From NCBI GenBank assembly GCA_036574205.1, contig JAINCQ010000037.1:68669-132668 (forward strand): DNA of 64,000 nt, written 5' to 3'. This DNA comes from Elusimicrobiota bacterium (GTDB lineage: Bacteria; Elusimicrobiota; Elusimicrobia; Elusimicrobiales; UBA9959). The notes beneath the pieces were generated by a model, which saw only the letters and a program-made list of their open reading frames with translations, ran no database searches and was not told where the DNA came from. Shown here one piece after another: positions 28,172 through 37,979 of this stretch. Every line of letters begins with the position of its first letter. Positions within the stretch are counted from its first letter, which is position 1. The position numbers and the translations under genes are program-made.

Positions 28172-29322
28172 ATATCAGTTTTCAATTTAAAAAAATATTT
28201 TCCATTTTTAAATTCCATTTCTATTATTTTCTTTGTCACAAGCCTTGCAGCTGCATTTATTACATTGTTTCCATCAGAACAATCTTTGCATAATGGAATT
28301 TTACTTGCCATCTTAATAACAGTCTCTGTAGGAATATTGTTTTTTATTTTAAGTATTTCTATAAGGCATTTTTCATTGTCTGTCAAATACTTTGAAGAAA
28401 AATCCTTTTTAGTATCCTTCTCTTGGTTAATTGGAATAATTCCTTTAAAACCAAAAATTGAAGCATAATTTGCGTTTATACCTGAACATTTTGAGTTTAA
28501 AATACAGTTTTTGCAGACTTTACTTTTCTTTTTATTTAAATTTGAACTTTCATCAAGATTTATCGTCTTTCCATCTGGAGATGTTACAAGTGTGTTAAAT
28601 GGATTAAGCCCTATGGCACTTTGCCAGTATTTTTTTAGAAAACAAGGAGGAACGTTTAAAAATAAAATTTCATCTCCAAGTCCTTTTTTTTCAAGATACT
28701 CAACAATATCTATAAAATATCTGGAACACCTATTTAATGGAACTCCGATTTTTTTGTTTAAAAACATGTTCCCTATATATATAGGATATATGACAACGAA
28801 ATTTGAAACTCCTTTATTAAGTAAAAAATTAACTAATCTTTTAAGTTTGTTATAATTGAATTTGTTTATTAGTATATTATTGCCAAGCCTAATTTTTAAT
28901 CGATTAATATTTTCAAGCCCTTTTACCGCATCTTCCCATGCTCCCAAACGAGAAACAAGCATATTATGTATTTTAGGATTTTCTGATACAAAAGAAAATT
29001 TACAAAAAGTTAATCCACTTTCTTTAAGTTTTTTTGCATAATTAAAATCTGCCAGCCTTATACCATTTGTTTGGATCCTTATAGATTTAAATCCTATTTT
29101 TGAAGCTACTTTTATTATCTCAGGTAAATCTTCTCTTATAGTTGGTTCGCCGCCGCTTAATCCAAGTTTTGTATAACCCATTTTCTTCGCTTTATAGATT
29201 TCTTTAACTATTTGGGTAAAAGGTGCATTTTTAGATTTATCAAAATCTCCCTGTGAACAAAAAAGACATCTCGCATTGCAACTATAGGTTAATAAAATCT
29301 CATAACAAAGATTATTATTCAT
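28168..29322 (-). CDS. Radical SAM protein (HxsC-type) with C-terminal extension
   Basis: CNARCLFC, SGGEPT, QTNG, VPPCFL, CxxC-x5-C; extra ~75 aa tail containing CKDC. Confidence 0.85.
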   Translation of the reverse strand: MNNNLCYEILLTYSCNARCLFCSQGDFDKSKNAPFTQIVKEIYKAKKMGYTKLGLSGGEPTIREDLPEIIKVASKIGFKSIRIQTNGIRLADFNYAKKLKESGLTFCKFSFVSENPKIHNMLVSRLGAWEDAVKGLENINRLKIRLGNNILINKFNYNKLKRLVNFLLNKGVSNFVVIYPIYIGNMFLNKKIGVPLNRCSRYFIDIVEYLEKKGLGDEILFLNVPPCFLKKYWQSAIGLNPFNTLVTSPDGKTINLDESSNLNKKKSKVCKNCILNSKCSGINANYASIFGFKGIIPINQEKDTKKDFSSKYLTDNEKCLIEILKIKNNIPTETVIKMASKIPLCKDCSDGNNVINAAARLVTKKIIEMEFKNGKYFFKLKTDI

Positions 29323-30404
29323 ATATTATGTAGTTTTCTAAATTGGGGAAGTTTAAAAAATAAAGCTATATATTTTTTCATCGAGTTTTTAAAAGTATTT
29401 TGCATTTTCGTGGCAATTTTAAACCTTTTTTTAAGTTCACTATCTTTTATAGCTAAAATATATTTAAAATAAAGATATAAGCCTATTTTACAAAAAAGTT
29501 GCTTATCAACTAAACCTTTTTTTCTCATTTTATTAAAAAATTTCCTTCTTTTGCTTAAAATATTTCCTTTCAATATAAATTTTTTAATAGTCTTTGGATC
29601 AGATGATATTATTTTATCGCATGGATAAAAGTTTCCATCAGGCATAAGAATTAAATTTGAGCAGTAAGGAATTTTTTCTCCTTTAAGAGAATAAAGGATT
29701 TCATAAATGTTAGAGAATTTATACATTTCACCTCTTTTTATAAGTTGCGCGTAATCTCTAAAAATTCTATTGATCTGCTCTTTTAATATTTTAATATCGT
29801 TTTCTTTCCATAGTTCGCCATAATTTATATTAAATCCAAAAGAATTAAATCCAATTTTTTTTAGGTGAATTATATTTCTTGAAAGGTTTTTTATGTTTTT
29901 TCTCGTAACAACCATATTTACAGAAGAATATGGTATAAGTTCAAATTTTTTAAGATTTGAGATAGCTAACTCATAATGAGATTTTTTGAAATATTTTTTT
30001 GAAAAATCATTTATATCTTTATCTCCATCTAAGCTTACAACAAGATTTATATTTTCTTCTTTTATAAATTTTGAAAGGTTTTTGTTTAGATGAGTCCCAT
30101 TTGTAAATATGGTTATAGGAATATTTTTAATTTTTTCCCTTGCCTTTTTAATATATGAGACAAGAGCTTTTGTATCAAGTGTCGGCTCTCCGCCGAGAAA
30201 AGTTATTCTGGGATTTTTTGAAATTTTTAAAAATATAGATAATGCTTTGTCAAATTTTTTTTGAGACAGTTTTTCACTTCTTTCTTTCCAGTAATAGCAG
30301 TAGGAGCATCTTATGTTGCAGTTAAAGAAAGGATAGACGACAAGGTGTTCTATTTTACCTTCATAAGCTCTTTGTCGCCGTAATGTTTTATATATTCTTT
30401 CCAT
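29319..30404 (-). CDS. Radical SAM protein
   Basis: CNIRCSYC, FLGGEPT, FTNG, SLDG, C...PDGNFYPC. Confidence 0.85.
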   Translation of the reverse strand: MERIYKTLRRQRAYEGKIEHLVVYPFFNCNIRCSYCYYWKERSEKLSQKKFDKALSIFLKISKNPRITFLGGEPTLDTKALVSYIKKAREKIKNIPITIFTNGTHLNKNLSKFIKEENINLVVSLDGDKDINDFSKKYFKKSHYELAISNLKKFELIPYSSVNMVVTRKNIKNLSRNIIHLKKIGFNSFGFNINYGELWKENDIKILKEQINRIFRDYAQLIKRGEMYKFSNIYEILYSLKGEKIPYCSNLILMPDGNFYPCDKIISSDPKTIKKFILKGNILSKRRKFFNKMRKKGLVDKQLFCKIGLYLYFKYILAIKDSELKKRFKIATKMQNTFKNSMKKYIALFFKLPQFRKLHNI

Positions 30405-31270
30405 ATTCCTTCACATAACGAATAAAGAGCGCATCCTATGCACCTTTTCGTTTTTGTTCTTGCTATTTTTTTTCTTGACTCTACCACATCTTCATTTATA
30501 AAATCAGGCGCCCAGTGTTTTGTAAAAAAAAGTCTTGCTTCGTTTATTTCGCTAATCTGTTCAATGTAATCTCTAAAATAACAGAGAGGCACATACCTGA
30601 GTTTCCATTGGAAAAAACCAGCGTTATTTCCGATATCAAGCGCGGCTCTCATATATGGCGCGGCTTTAGAAATCCTTGGGACCATACTAAAAAAATTTTT
30701 ATGAGCGCCTCCATACTGAGGATCAACAAAAATGTATTCCACATTTTTTATTCCTAATTTTACATGAAGTTTAGCTATATCAGGCAGTTTTTTATAATTT
30801 TGCTTTACTATTGTTGTGTTTCCATTTATATTTTGAAATCCTATTTTCCTTAAGTTATATATCCCCTCAATCATTTGCTTAAAAGAGCCTTTTGACCTTG
30901 TAAGATTATCATGGAGTCTTGAATTATGTCCGTGTATTGAAAATATTATAGAAGTAAGCCCGGCTTCTATTGCCTTTTTTGCAAAAGAGATATCTGAAAA
31001 CATCCTTCCGTTTGTCGCTATAAGTATATCTTTGATTTTGAGGTTTCTGGCTGTCTTTATTATTTTCAGAAAATCTGAGCGTATTGTTGTCTCACCGCCT
31101 ATTAACTCAAGTATATCTATTTTCTCTTTTTTTGCGGCAAGATATATCTCTTTTATAATTTCTTGAGTGTTTTTTTCTTTTATTTTCCTTTTATCACTAT
31201 TTATACAAAACACACAATTATTATTACATCTATAGCCTGTAAGTATAACTATTTTCTTTTTTTTATTCAT
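30350..31270 (-). CDS. Radical SAM protein (HxsC-type)
   Basis: CNNNCVFC, GGET, TNGR, VPLCY, CIGC-x5-CEG. Confidence 0.87.
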   Translation of the reverse strand: MNKKKKIVILTGYRCNNNCVFCINSDKRKIKEKNTQEIIKEIYLAAKKEKIDILELIGGETTIRSDFLKIIKTARNLKIKDILIATNGRMFSDISFAKKAIEAGLTSIIFSIHGHNSRLHDNLTRSKGSFKQMIEGIYNLRKIGFQNINGNTTIVKQNYKKLPDIAKLHVKLGIKNVEYIFVDPQYGGAHKNFFSMVPRISKAAPYMRAALDIGNNAGFFQWKLRYVPLCYFRDYIEQISEINEARLFFTKHWAPDFINEDVVESRKKIARTKTKRCIGCALYSLCEGIWKEYIKHYGDKELMKVK

Positions 31271-32472
31271 TTTAATAAAGATACAAGATTTATATTAAAT
31301 ATTATTTCAAAAAGGCATCCTAAAAAAATACCTTCAGCAAATGGTCTTGCTTTTACAAATTTAAGCTTTATGTTCTTATCAGGGTGGTTTTCCATCCATT
31401 TTTTTAATGCATCAACCTGTTCTTCATTTAGACCATCTTTGAACATATCATCAAAAAGTCCTTTAAAAACTTCATTTGTCCTGAGTATCTCAAGTTCATT
31501 TGAGGATAGTACCATTCCAGGTTTTATATCACTAGCTGTAACATAATATGTATTATGAGTTTCTATTATTTGCTCAAATATTATTTTTCCTAAGAAAAAA
31601 ATACTTCCAAATTTAAAGGTATTTTTTATCGCAGTTAACAAGATGTCATAAATAAATTGAAGTGGATTTGAAACTACAAAAACAGCTAAAATCATAATTG
31701 CATACATCAATATCATTATATATTTCCACAGTCTTGTTCTTAAAAACTGGGAAATTTTTGGCCATAAGAAAAACATCAGGAAAAAAAATATATCGGTTCT
31801 GTGAAAAATGTTGAAAACATATCTTCCCAGAATAAGATTAAACATTTGTTTATATGCAAATATTGATAAAATGCCAAAGATAGAAAAAAGAGCTGAAGGA
31901 GAATTCCATTTTATTTTTTTTATTTTGTTAAGATAAAATTCTTTTATTTCCTTAAAAGCATTATTATCTCCAGCTTTTAAAAGTGCTATATTGTCTTTCA
32001 GATAATAAAATACAGAGAAAAATGCTGAAAATACAAATATGTTTATAAGGGTTGTTATCCATATATAGTTTGGAAATCCTTTCAGGTCATATCTTATTAG
32101 GGGAAGAAATAAAATATTAGCTATAAAAAATTTAGAATCTCCTGCTGGCCATATCTCTCCATACCATAAAACTAATGAAAATATAATAGAATAGAATATG
32201 TGAATCATATATTGCTTGTAAAAAATGAAGTTTAAGTAATTTGAGCTCTTTCCATAATATCCCACTACAGTGTTTATAAGGTTAGCAAAAATAAGTATTC
32301 CTGTTATTTTAAACGCAAGAAGTATTTTTGAATTTTTTATTTTGCCGGTCTCTCTATCTTCTTTTATAACAGAGACACCCCATAGAAGATATGCCGCAAG
32401 GGAAATATAGGAAATCAAATTAAGGATATTATTTGAGTATTGGTTTAAGTTCATAATCTCCATATAACTCAT
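31267..32472 (-). CDS. A24-family (prepilin/preflagellin peptidase-like) membrane aspartic peptidase
   Basis: Multi-TM; first Asp motif EDRETGKIKN, second WPAGDSK (GxGD-type); FlaK-like C-terminal insert (IKPGMVL) and PFA...FLG end. Confidence 0.65.
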   Translation of the reverse strand: MSYMEIMNLNQYSNNILNLISYISLAAYLLWGVSVIKEDRETGKIKNSKILLAFKITGILIFANLINTVVGYYGKSSNYLNFIFYKQYMIHIFYSIIFSLVLWYGEIWPAGDSKFFIANILFLPLIRYDLKGFPNYIWITTLINIFVFSAFFSVFYYLKDNIALLKAGDNNAFKEIKEFYLNKIKKIKWNSPSALFSIFGILSIFAYKQMFNLILGRYVFNIFHRTDIFFFLMFFLWPKISQFLRTRLWKYIMILMYAIMILAVFVVSNPLQFIYDILLTAIKNTFKFGSIFFLGKIIFEQIIETHNTYYVTASDIKPGMVLSSNELEILRTNEVFKGLFDDMFKDGLNEEQVDALKKWMENHPDKNIKLKFVKARPFAEGIFLGCLFEIIFNINLVSLLK

Positions 32473-33319
32473 AATATCTTTTCATCAGCCCCAGGCATTT
32501 TCTTTTTATCTTGCATTTATAGCACTTTGAAGTATATATTCTTTCTTCTTTTGGTAAAGTTATCCATGCGTATTTCCTTAAGTTTTCTGAAAGAACGCAA
32601 AGTGGAAAATGATATAATCTGATAAAACCATCTAAAAACATATCTTCTATTTCAGAAATTTTTTTTGCGCTATCTGACAGACTCAAAAATAATTTATTTT
32701 TATTTATTTCAGCTATACCCTCTATTTCGTAGTGTATTATAGTAATATAAAAATCACAGGCAATAAGTATGTTTTTTATAAATGTTATAGTTTGCGGAAG
32801 ATCATCTATATTTAATCTGTGTATAACAACCCTTATTTCTATGGTACCTGAAAAATATTTTGCAAGATTTACTATCCCTGAAAGAGTTTGTTTATATGAA
32901 CCTTTTACTTTAGATATCCTTTCAAAGTTTTTTTCATTACAGGTATAAAAACTTATGGCCGTTGTAAATGGATTTTTAGCAAGTGATGCAAACCTTTTTG
33001 TAAATTCTACATTAGAAAATTTTCTTCCATTTGTAAGAAGGGTTATCGGGATATCAGGGAGTTTTTCCCTCAAATAAACAAGAAATTTGAAAAAATCAGG
33101 ATGAAGAGTCGGCTCTCCACCAGTTATGTTTATATAGTTTTTTTTATTATGATTTGAAAAGTAAACTTTTTCCCCTTTTTCAATATATAGTTTTAGTTTC
33201 TTTACCTGAGTTTTGAGATCATAATTGCCACTAGGTGTTGAGGTAGAATACTCTTTGGGATTTGTGCACATTATGCATTTGTTGTTGCATTTATTCCAGA
33301 GAGATATATCAGGCATCAA
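32429..33319 (-). CDS. His-Xaa-Ser system radical SAM maturase, HxsC-like
   Basis: CNNKCIMC, ITGGEPTL, LLTNGR, IEIRVVIH, LYHFPLCVL, CYKC-x5-CLG. Confidence 0.85.
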   Translation of the reverse strand: MMPDISLWNKCNNKCIMCTNPKEYSTSTPSGNYDLKTQVKKLKLYIEKGEKVYFSNHNKKNYINITGGEPTLHPDFFKFLVYLREKLPDIPITLLTNGRKFSNVEFTKRFASLAKNPFTTAISFYTCNEKNFERISKVKGSYKQTLSGIVNLAKYFSGTIEIRVVIHRLNIDDLPQTITFIKNILIACDFYITIIHYEIEGIAEINKNKLFLSLSDSAKKISEIEDMFLDGFIRLYHFPLCVLSENLRKYAWITLPKEERIYTSKCYKCKIKRKCLGLMKRYYELYGDYELKPILK

Positions 33320-34685
33320 ACCACCTTAAAAATATTTTATAATTTTCCTTTTTTGATAGTTTTTTTATTAAGATTTTAAATATTCCTTTTTCAATCTCAC
33401 ACCAGTATTGTGATTTATATGAGCCGTATGGAGTTTTTGAGGTTTCATAATTAAATACTGGACATATCCCGCAGTATGGTTTGAAAGCGCATCTAAAACA
33501 TTTTGGCTGATTCTCAAGACAGGAAGCCATAGCGCATACCCTGGCTGGACCTGAATTTATTATCTCATAATAGCTTGAATTAAAAACATTTCCAATCCTA
33601 AATGAGAAATCTCCATATGCTCCAAGCATCCTTCCTTCATCGCATGTATATATATCACCATCATAATTGTAAGCAATCTGTCCTATAGCTCCTCCGCATG
33701 GGCTTCTTAGATCAAGATAATTCGGGTCTTCATTAAATATAATTTTTTTGAGTTTTATAGCGGCATTTCTTTCTATAAACTTTTCGCTATAATTTATTTT
33801 AATTATATAATCAAGCGATTTTTCATAAAAATCCAAAAAATCTTTTGCGTTATAGCCTATTTCACTCCATTTGTATTTAGCATATCCTATTGGAGAAAGT
33901 GGCCTTATAAATATTCCACCAATTCCTAAGTTAAGATATTCTTCTATTATAGCTTGGGGGTTTGAAAGCGAAAATTTAGTTGTTGTCATAAGCGCTTGTG
34001 GAAGAGAATCTTTTTCTCCTTTTGAACGGCTATCTACAAGTTTTTTTATTTTTTTTAGCCAGTATATAGTTTTCTGATAAGAGGATCCTCCGTTATAAGG
34101 CCTGTTTGCATTGTGGATTTTTTCTGGACCGTCAAGGGATGTGCATATTGATACATTGTTTAACAATAAAAATTTTAATTTATCATCATCCATTAAACTA
34201 AGGTTGGTTACTATACTTAGTTTGATATCCTTATCACTTTTTTTGCTTTTTATATAATCTATGGACATTTTAAAGGTTTTCCAGTTTAAAAGAGGCTCTC
34301 CTCCTTGAAATTCTATAGCAATGTTTTGTGATGGAGTATTTAAGATGAAATCTATTGTTTTTCTAGCAGTTTCCTCAGACATTTCGCTTGATGCTCCAAA
34401 ATTTTGCGTTCTACAATATTTACACAGATGATTGCATCTTAAGGTAATTACCATAATATGCAAAGATGGAGAAGAAAAGACATATGAGGTAAGGTTTTTA
34501 TATTTTTTAATTAGTTCATTTTGAATTTTAAGGTTTTCTTTTTTTTTCTTTTTTTTATTAAGTAATTTCTCAAATTCATTTTTTTTAACAATGGAACATT
34601 CCCCAAAGTCATTTGAGATAAAATAGCCATCTTCAAGTTTTTCAAAGTAAAAGCCACAAATATCTTTAAAATTTTTTACTATCAT
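33309..34685 (-). CDS. hxsB: His-Xaa-Ser system radical SAM maturase HxsB (paralog 2)
   Basis: SLHIMVITLRCNHLCKYC, IEFQGGEPL, TSLDGP, FIRPLSPIG, DLRSPCG, YTCDEGRM, SPASM cysteines. Confidence 0.85.
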   Translation of the reverse strand: MIVKNFKDICGFYFEKLEDGYFISNDFGECSIVKKNEFEKLLNKKKKKKENLKIQNELIKKYKNLTSYVFSSPSLHIMVITLRCNHLCKYCRTQNFGASSEMSEETARKTIDFILNTPSQNIAIEFQGGEPLLNWKTFKMSIDYIKSKKSDKDIKLSIVTNLSLMDDDKLKFLLLNNVSICTSLDGPEKIHNANRPYNGGSSYQKTIYWLKKIKKLVDSRSKGEKDSLPQALMTTTKFSLSNPQAIIEEYLNLGIGGIFIRPLSPIGYAKYKWSEIGYNAKDFLDFYEKSLDYIIKINYSEKFIERNAAIKLKKIIFNEDPNYLDLRSPCGGAIGQIAYNYDGDIYTCDEGRMLGAYGDFSFRIGNVFNSSYYEIINSGPARVCAMASCLENQPKCFRCAFKPYCGICPVFNYETSKTPYGSYKSQYWCEIEKGIFKILIKKLSKKENYKIFLRWFDA

Positions 34686-35611
34686 TTCTTTAAAACTGGT
34701 TTAAATTCTTCCCATCCATAAATTTCAGGATATTCACGCCAGGGTCCTTCGCAACGAGAAAAATAAATGCATTTTTTGCATTTTTCAGCTTTAGTTTTTC
34801 CCTCATTTCTTCTGTATTCCCCATAATTTTCTACAAAAACATCTGCGTCTACAACGGGACCATCTGGGATAATTTTTTCCGCAACACATTCCTCATAGCC
34901 TTTCATAAAGCAGTAGGGAATAGCTTCTGTATAGCATTTAACTCTGGCTTTTCTCCCTTCATCAAGCGCTTTTTTAACATATGGAATAACATCCGACTTT
35001 TTGGGAACTATCCATTTCCTGTTTTCCCAAGCTGTGCCTATTATATGAATAAAAGCGAGTTGAAATTGATTAACATTAAGATATATAAGAAGCTTTGCTA
35101 TTTGTGGAAGATATTTGTAATTGACTGAATTTATAACAGTATTTGTTAGAACATAAAGTCCAAGTTTTCTTGCATTTATAATTCCCATTACAGTTTGATT
35201 AAAACTTCCTTTAGAATTTGTCAGCTTATCATGTATTTCTGGATTAGGACCGTGAAGTGCGGGGCTTATCTCAGTAGCACCTGCATTTTTCAATTTTTTT
35301 AAAAAATCTATAGAAGAAAGCGTTCTTCCATTGGTCTGTATTTGTATTTGTCTGTATTTAAGTTGTCTTGCTGCTTTGACTATTTTTATTATATCAGGAT
35401 GAATTGTTGGTTCTCCTCCGGTAAAAACTACTTGTTCTATTTTCTTTTTCGCTCCATCTTTAAGGGCTGAGACTATTTCATTATAATCTTTAGTTTTTAT
35501 TATGGATCTTTTTTCTCCTTGAGCGCAGAAGTCGCATTTATTATTACAGTTAAACGTTATTTTGATATCTAATTTTGATTTAATTGCCATATAACTTAAG
35601 CCACTTCTCAA
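34682..35611 (-). CDS. Radical SAM protein (HxsC-type)
   Basis: CNNKCDFC, FTGGEPT, QTNGR, IPYCF, CKKC-x5-CEG. Confidence 0.87.
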   Translation of the reverse strand: MRSGLSYMAIKSKLDIKITFNCNNKCDFCAQGEKRSIIKTKDYNEIVSALKDGAKKKIEQVVFTGGEPTIHPDIIKIVKAARQLKYRQIQIQTNGRTLSSIDFLKKLKNAGATEISPALHGPNPEIHDKLTNSKGSFNQTVMGIINARKLGLYVLTNTVINSVNYKYLPQIAKLLIYLNVNQFQLAFIHIIGTAWENRKWIVPKKSDVIPYVKKALDEGRKARVKCYTEAIPYCFMKGYEECVAEKIIPDGPVVDADVFVENYGEYRRNEGKTKAEKCKKCIYFSRCEGPWREYPEIYGWEEFKPVLKK

Positions 35612-36953
35612 AAATCCTTAAATTATTTTTATTTTCAATCATTTTAAATATCATATCAAAAATTTTTATAAATAATTTACATCTTTTGTTTATAGCCATA
35701 TTCCCCCATACGTTTTTTTGGGATATATAGTTATAGTATGGATGTATAATGCAATAAGGGGCATAAACACATCTTGCACATGATGGATGAACAAGGTATT
35801 TGAATCTATATAAAAGGATGGCTTTAAATTTTTCAGAATTAAGTATGTCTTTGAATGAAGTTTTTCTTACATTTGCAATTTTGAAAAAAAAGTCTCCACG
35901 ATCTCCTATCATTCTCCCTTCATCACTTGGATATATCCATCCATTTACATCGTAGGCAAATCTATGAAAAAGATCTACACTTCTTGACTCAAAATCATGG
36001 TTTTTAAATATGGAATGAATAAGCAGAAAAAGACCTTTTTCATAAATATCAAGTCCTTTCTTAATATTTAACTCAAGTATATAATCTATAGATCTTTTAT
36101 AAAAATCAAAATACTCATTTTCATCATAACCAATTTCTTTCCATATTTCTTCCTCCTTTGCTCTTCCCATTTGCTCAAGTATTCCAAGCTGTACCCTGTT
36201 AATTTTAAGTTCGATATAATTATCTATTATCTCTTTTTCTTTTGTCAAAAGTGGTCTGGTTATGGTCGTTATAATATTTGGAGTTTCTATATTTGCCTGT
36301 TGAAATTTTTTTAGTGCTTTTTTAAAATTGGAAATAGTTTTTTCATAACCCCCACGCATTACGTTATGAATACTTTTAGTAGCATCAATGGAAACACACA
36401 GGGATATTTTGTTTTTTATAATATAATCTAAATGTTCTTCATTTAATAAAGTCAAGTTTGAAACAACTGAATAGTGAATTTTTTTAAACATTTTTTCAGC
36501 TTTTTTATTAGCGTAGTCAATAAGAAATTTCATAGTTTCAAAATTTTTAAATGGTTCCCCACCTGTAAGTTCTATATAATATTTGTCTAATGGTAATGAT
36601 AATATAAAGTCTACTATGCTTTGAGCCGTTTCTTTTGTCATATCTGCTGAATTTGAGGGGTTGGCAAAGCAATAATGGCATTTAAGGTTACATTTATTGG
36701 TAAGGGATATAATATGGTCTCGAGGACCTTTATAATCAAGATAAAATTTTCTCCGTGATATCTCACAGATATAATCAAAATCAAGATTGTTAGCGATAAA
36801 TTGCCTATCTTTTAACTCAAAGCTTTTTTTACCAGCAATTTTCTTGCCTGATATAAAATTATTGAATTGTTTTAAATTAAGGAATGAATAAAACCCATAG
36901 TCATTTGTTATAAGATATTTATTATTTGAAAATTTTCTAAAATTAAAAAACAT
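35580..36953 (-). CDS. HxsB-like radical SAM protein (divergent paralog 3)
   Basis: YLITNDYG N-terminus, CNLKCHYC, IELTGGEP, IYPSDEGRM, CARC-x5-C. Confidence 0.8.
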   Translation of the reverse strand: MFFNFRKFSNNKYLITNDYGFYSFLNLKQFNNFISGKKIAGKKSFELKDRQFIANNLDFDYICEISRRKFYLDYKGPRDHIISLTNKCNLKCHYCFANPSNSADMTKETAQSIVDFILSLPLDKYYIELTGGEPFKNFETMKFLIDYANKKAEKMFKKIHYSVVSNLTLLNEEHLDYIIKNKISLCVSIDATKSIHNVMRGGYEKTISNFKKALKKFQQANIETPNIITTITRPLLTKEKEIIDNYIELKINRVQLGILEQMGRAKEEEIWKEIGYDENEYFDFYKRSIDYILELNIKKGLDIYEKGLFLLIHSIFKNHDFESRSVDLFHRFAYDVNGWIYPSDEGRMIGDRGDFFFKIANVRKTSFKDILNSEKFKAILLYRFKYLVHPSCARCVYAPYCIIHPYYNYISQKNVWGNMAINKRCKLFIKIFDMIFKMIENKNNLRIFEKWLKLYGN

Positions 36954-36954
36954 T

Positions 36955-37977
36955 TTAATGCCTATAAAAACAGTTTATCCCTTTTGGCCTTGATGGCTTT
37001 TTAATAGGTTTAAATTCTTCTCCACCAAAAGTTTTAAAATATTCCTTTTCAAATCCAGCACATATTTTACTATAAATGCAAAGTTTACAACTTTCCTGTT
37101 TCATCTTTAACATTGAATTTATTGTTGTATACATTTTGCCAGTGTAGCTTTTTTCTGGAAGATACATATCGTCATCTGAAAAAGGAATTTTCCAATCTGA
37201 TATCGTATCCTCATATCCTGTTGCCACACAAGGTGGGATATTACTTAAGATAGGAGATATTGGAAGAGCGTTTTTTAATAAAAGATAATCAATAGTTTTT
37301 GTCAAATATGGGAGCATTTGTGAGTATTTAAGCTTTAATCTATCCTTATTTCTTCCGGCAAGACCAATAAAATGAGTTGCAATGAGATTATATGTTTCTA
37401 TGCCGTATCTTTCATTCAAAAACTTTACTAATAATAGGATATCTTTGTAATTTATTATTGTTATTGCAGTGCTGATTGTAATATATACTCCATTTTCAAT
37501 AGCATTTTCAATAGCTTTTATTGTTTTTCTAAAAGCTCCTTTTATACCAACTATTTTATCATGTAATCTTTCATTATGAGAATGAACTGAAAAAGTAATG
37601 CTATTAAGTCCGCTTCTAAAAAGTTTCTTTGAAAATTCAGGATCTGACATCTTCTGTCCATTTGTAACCATTTGTATTATTTTAAATCCAATCTTTTTAG
37701 CTCCAATGATAGCATTTTCTATTTCTGGATATATTGATGGTTCTCCTCCTATAAATTGAATTATACGGCTTCCATTTCTATATGAATCTTTCATATGTTT
37801 CAGGATTAAGTAAAGTGGCATTGGAGGCTTTGTTTTCCATTCAGTCATTTGGGGAGAGCTATAGCAGAATATACATCTAGCATTACAATCATAATGAAGT
37901 GTTATCTCGCAAATATTAGTTCTTGTTTTCGGCCAATCATATTTTTCTATTGCTTTAAGTGTGGTTATTGCTTTCAT
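36955..37977 (-). CDS. Radical SAM protein (HxsC-type)
   Basis: CNARCIFC, FIGGEP, VTNG, IPPCV, CKLC-x5-CAG. Confidence 0.85.
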   Translation of the reverse strand: MKAITTLKAIEKYDWPKTRTNICEITLHYDCNARCIFCYSSPQMTEWKTKPPMPLYLILKHMKDSYRNGSRIIQFIGGEPSIYPEIENAIIGAKKIGFKIIQMVTNGQKMSDPEFSKKLFRSGLNSITFSVHSHNERLHDKIVGIKGAFRKTIKAIENAIENGVYITISTAITIINYKDILLLVKFLNERYGIETYNLIATHFIGLAGRNKDRLKLKYSQMLPYLTKTIDYLLLKNALPISPILSNIPPCVATGYEDTISDWKIPFSDDDMYLPEKSYTGKMYTTINSMLKMKQESCKLCIYSKICAGFEKEYFKTFGGEEFKPIKKPSRPKGINCFYRH

Positions 37978-37979
37978 AA

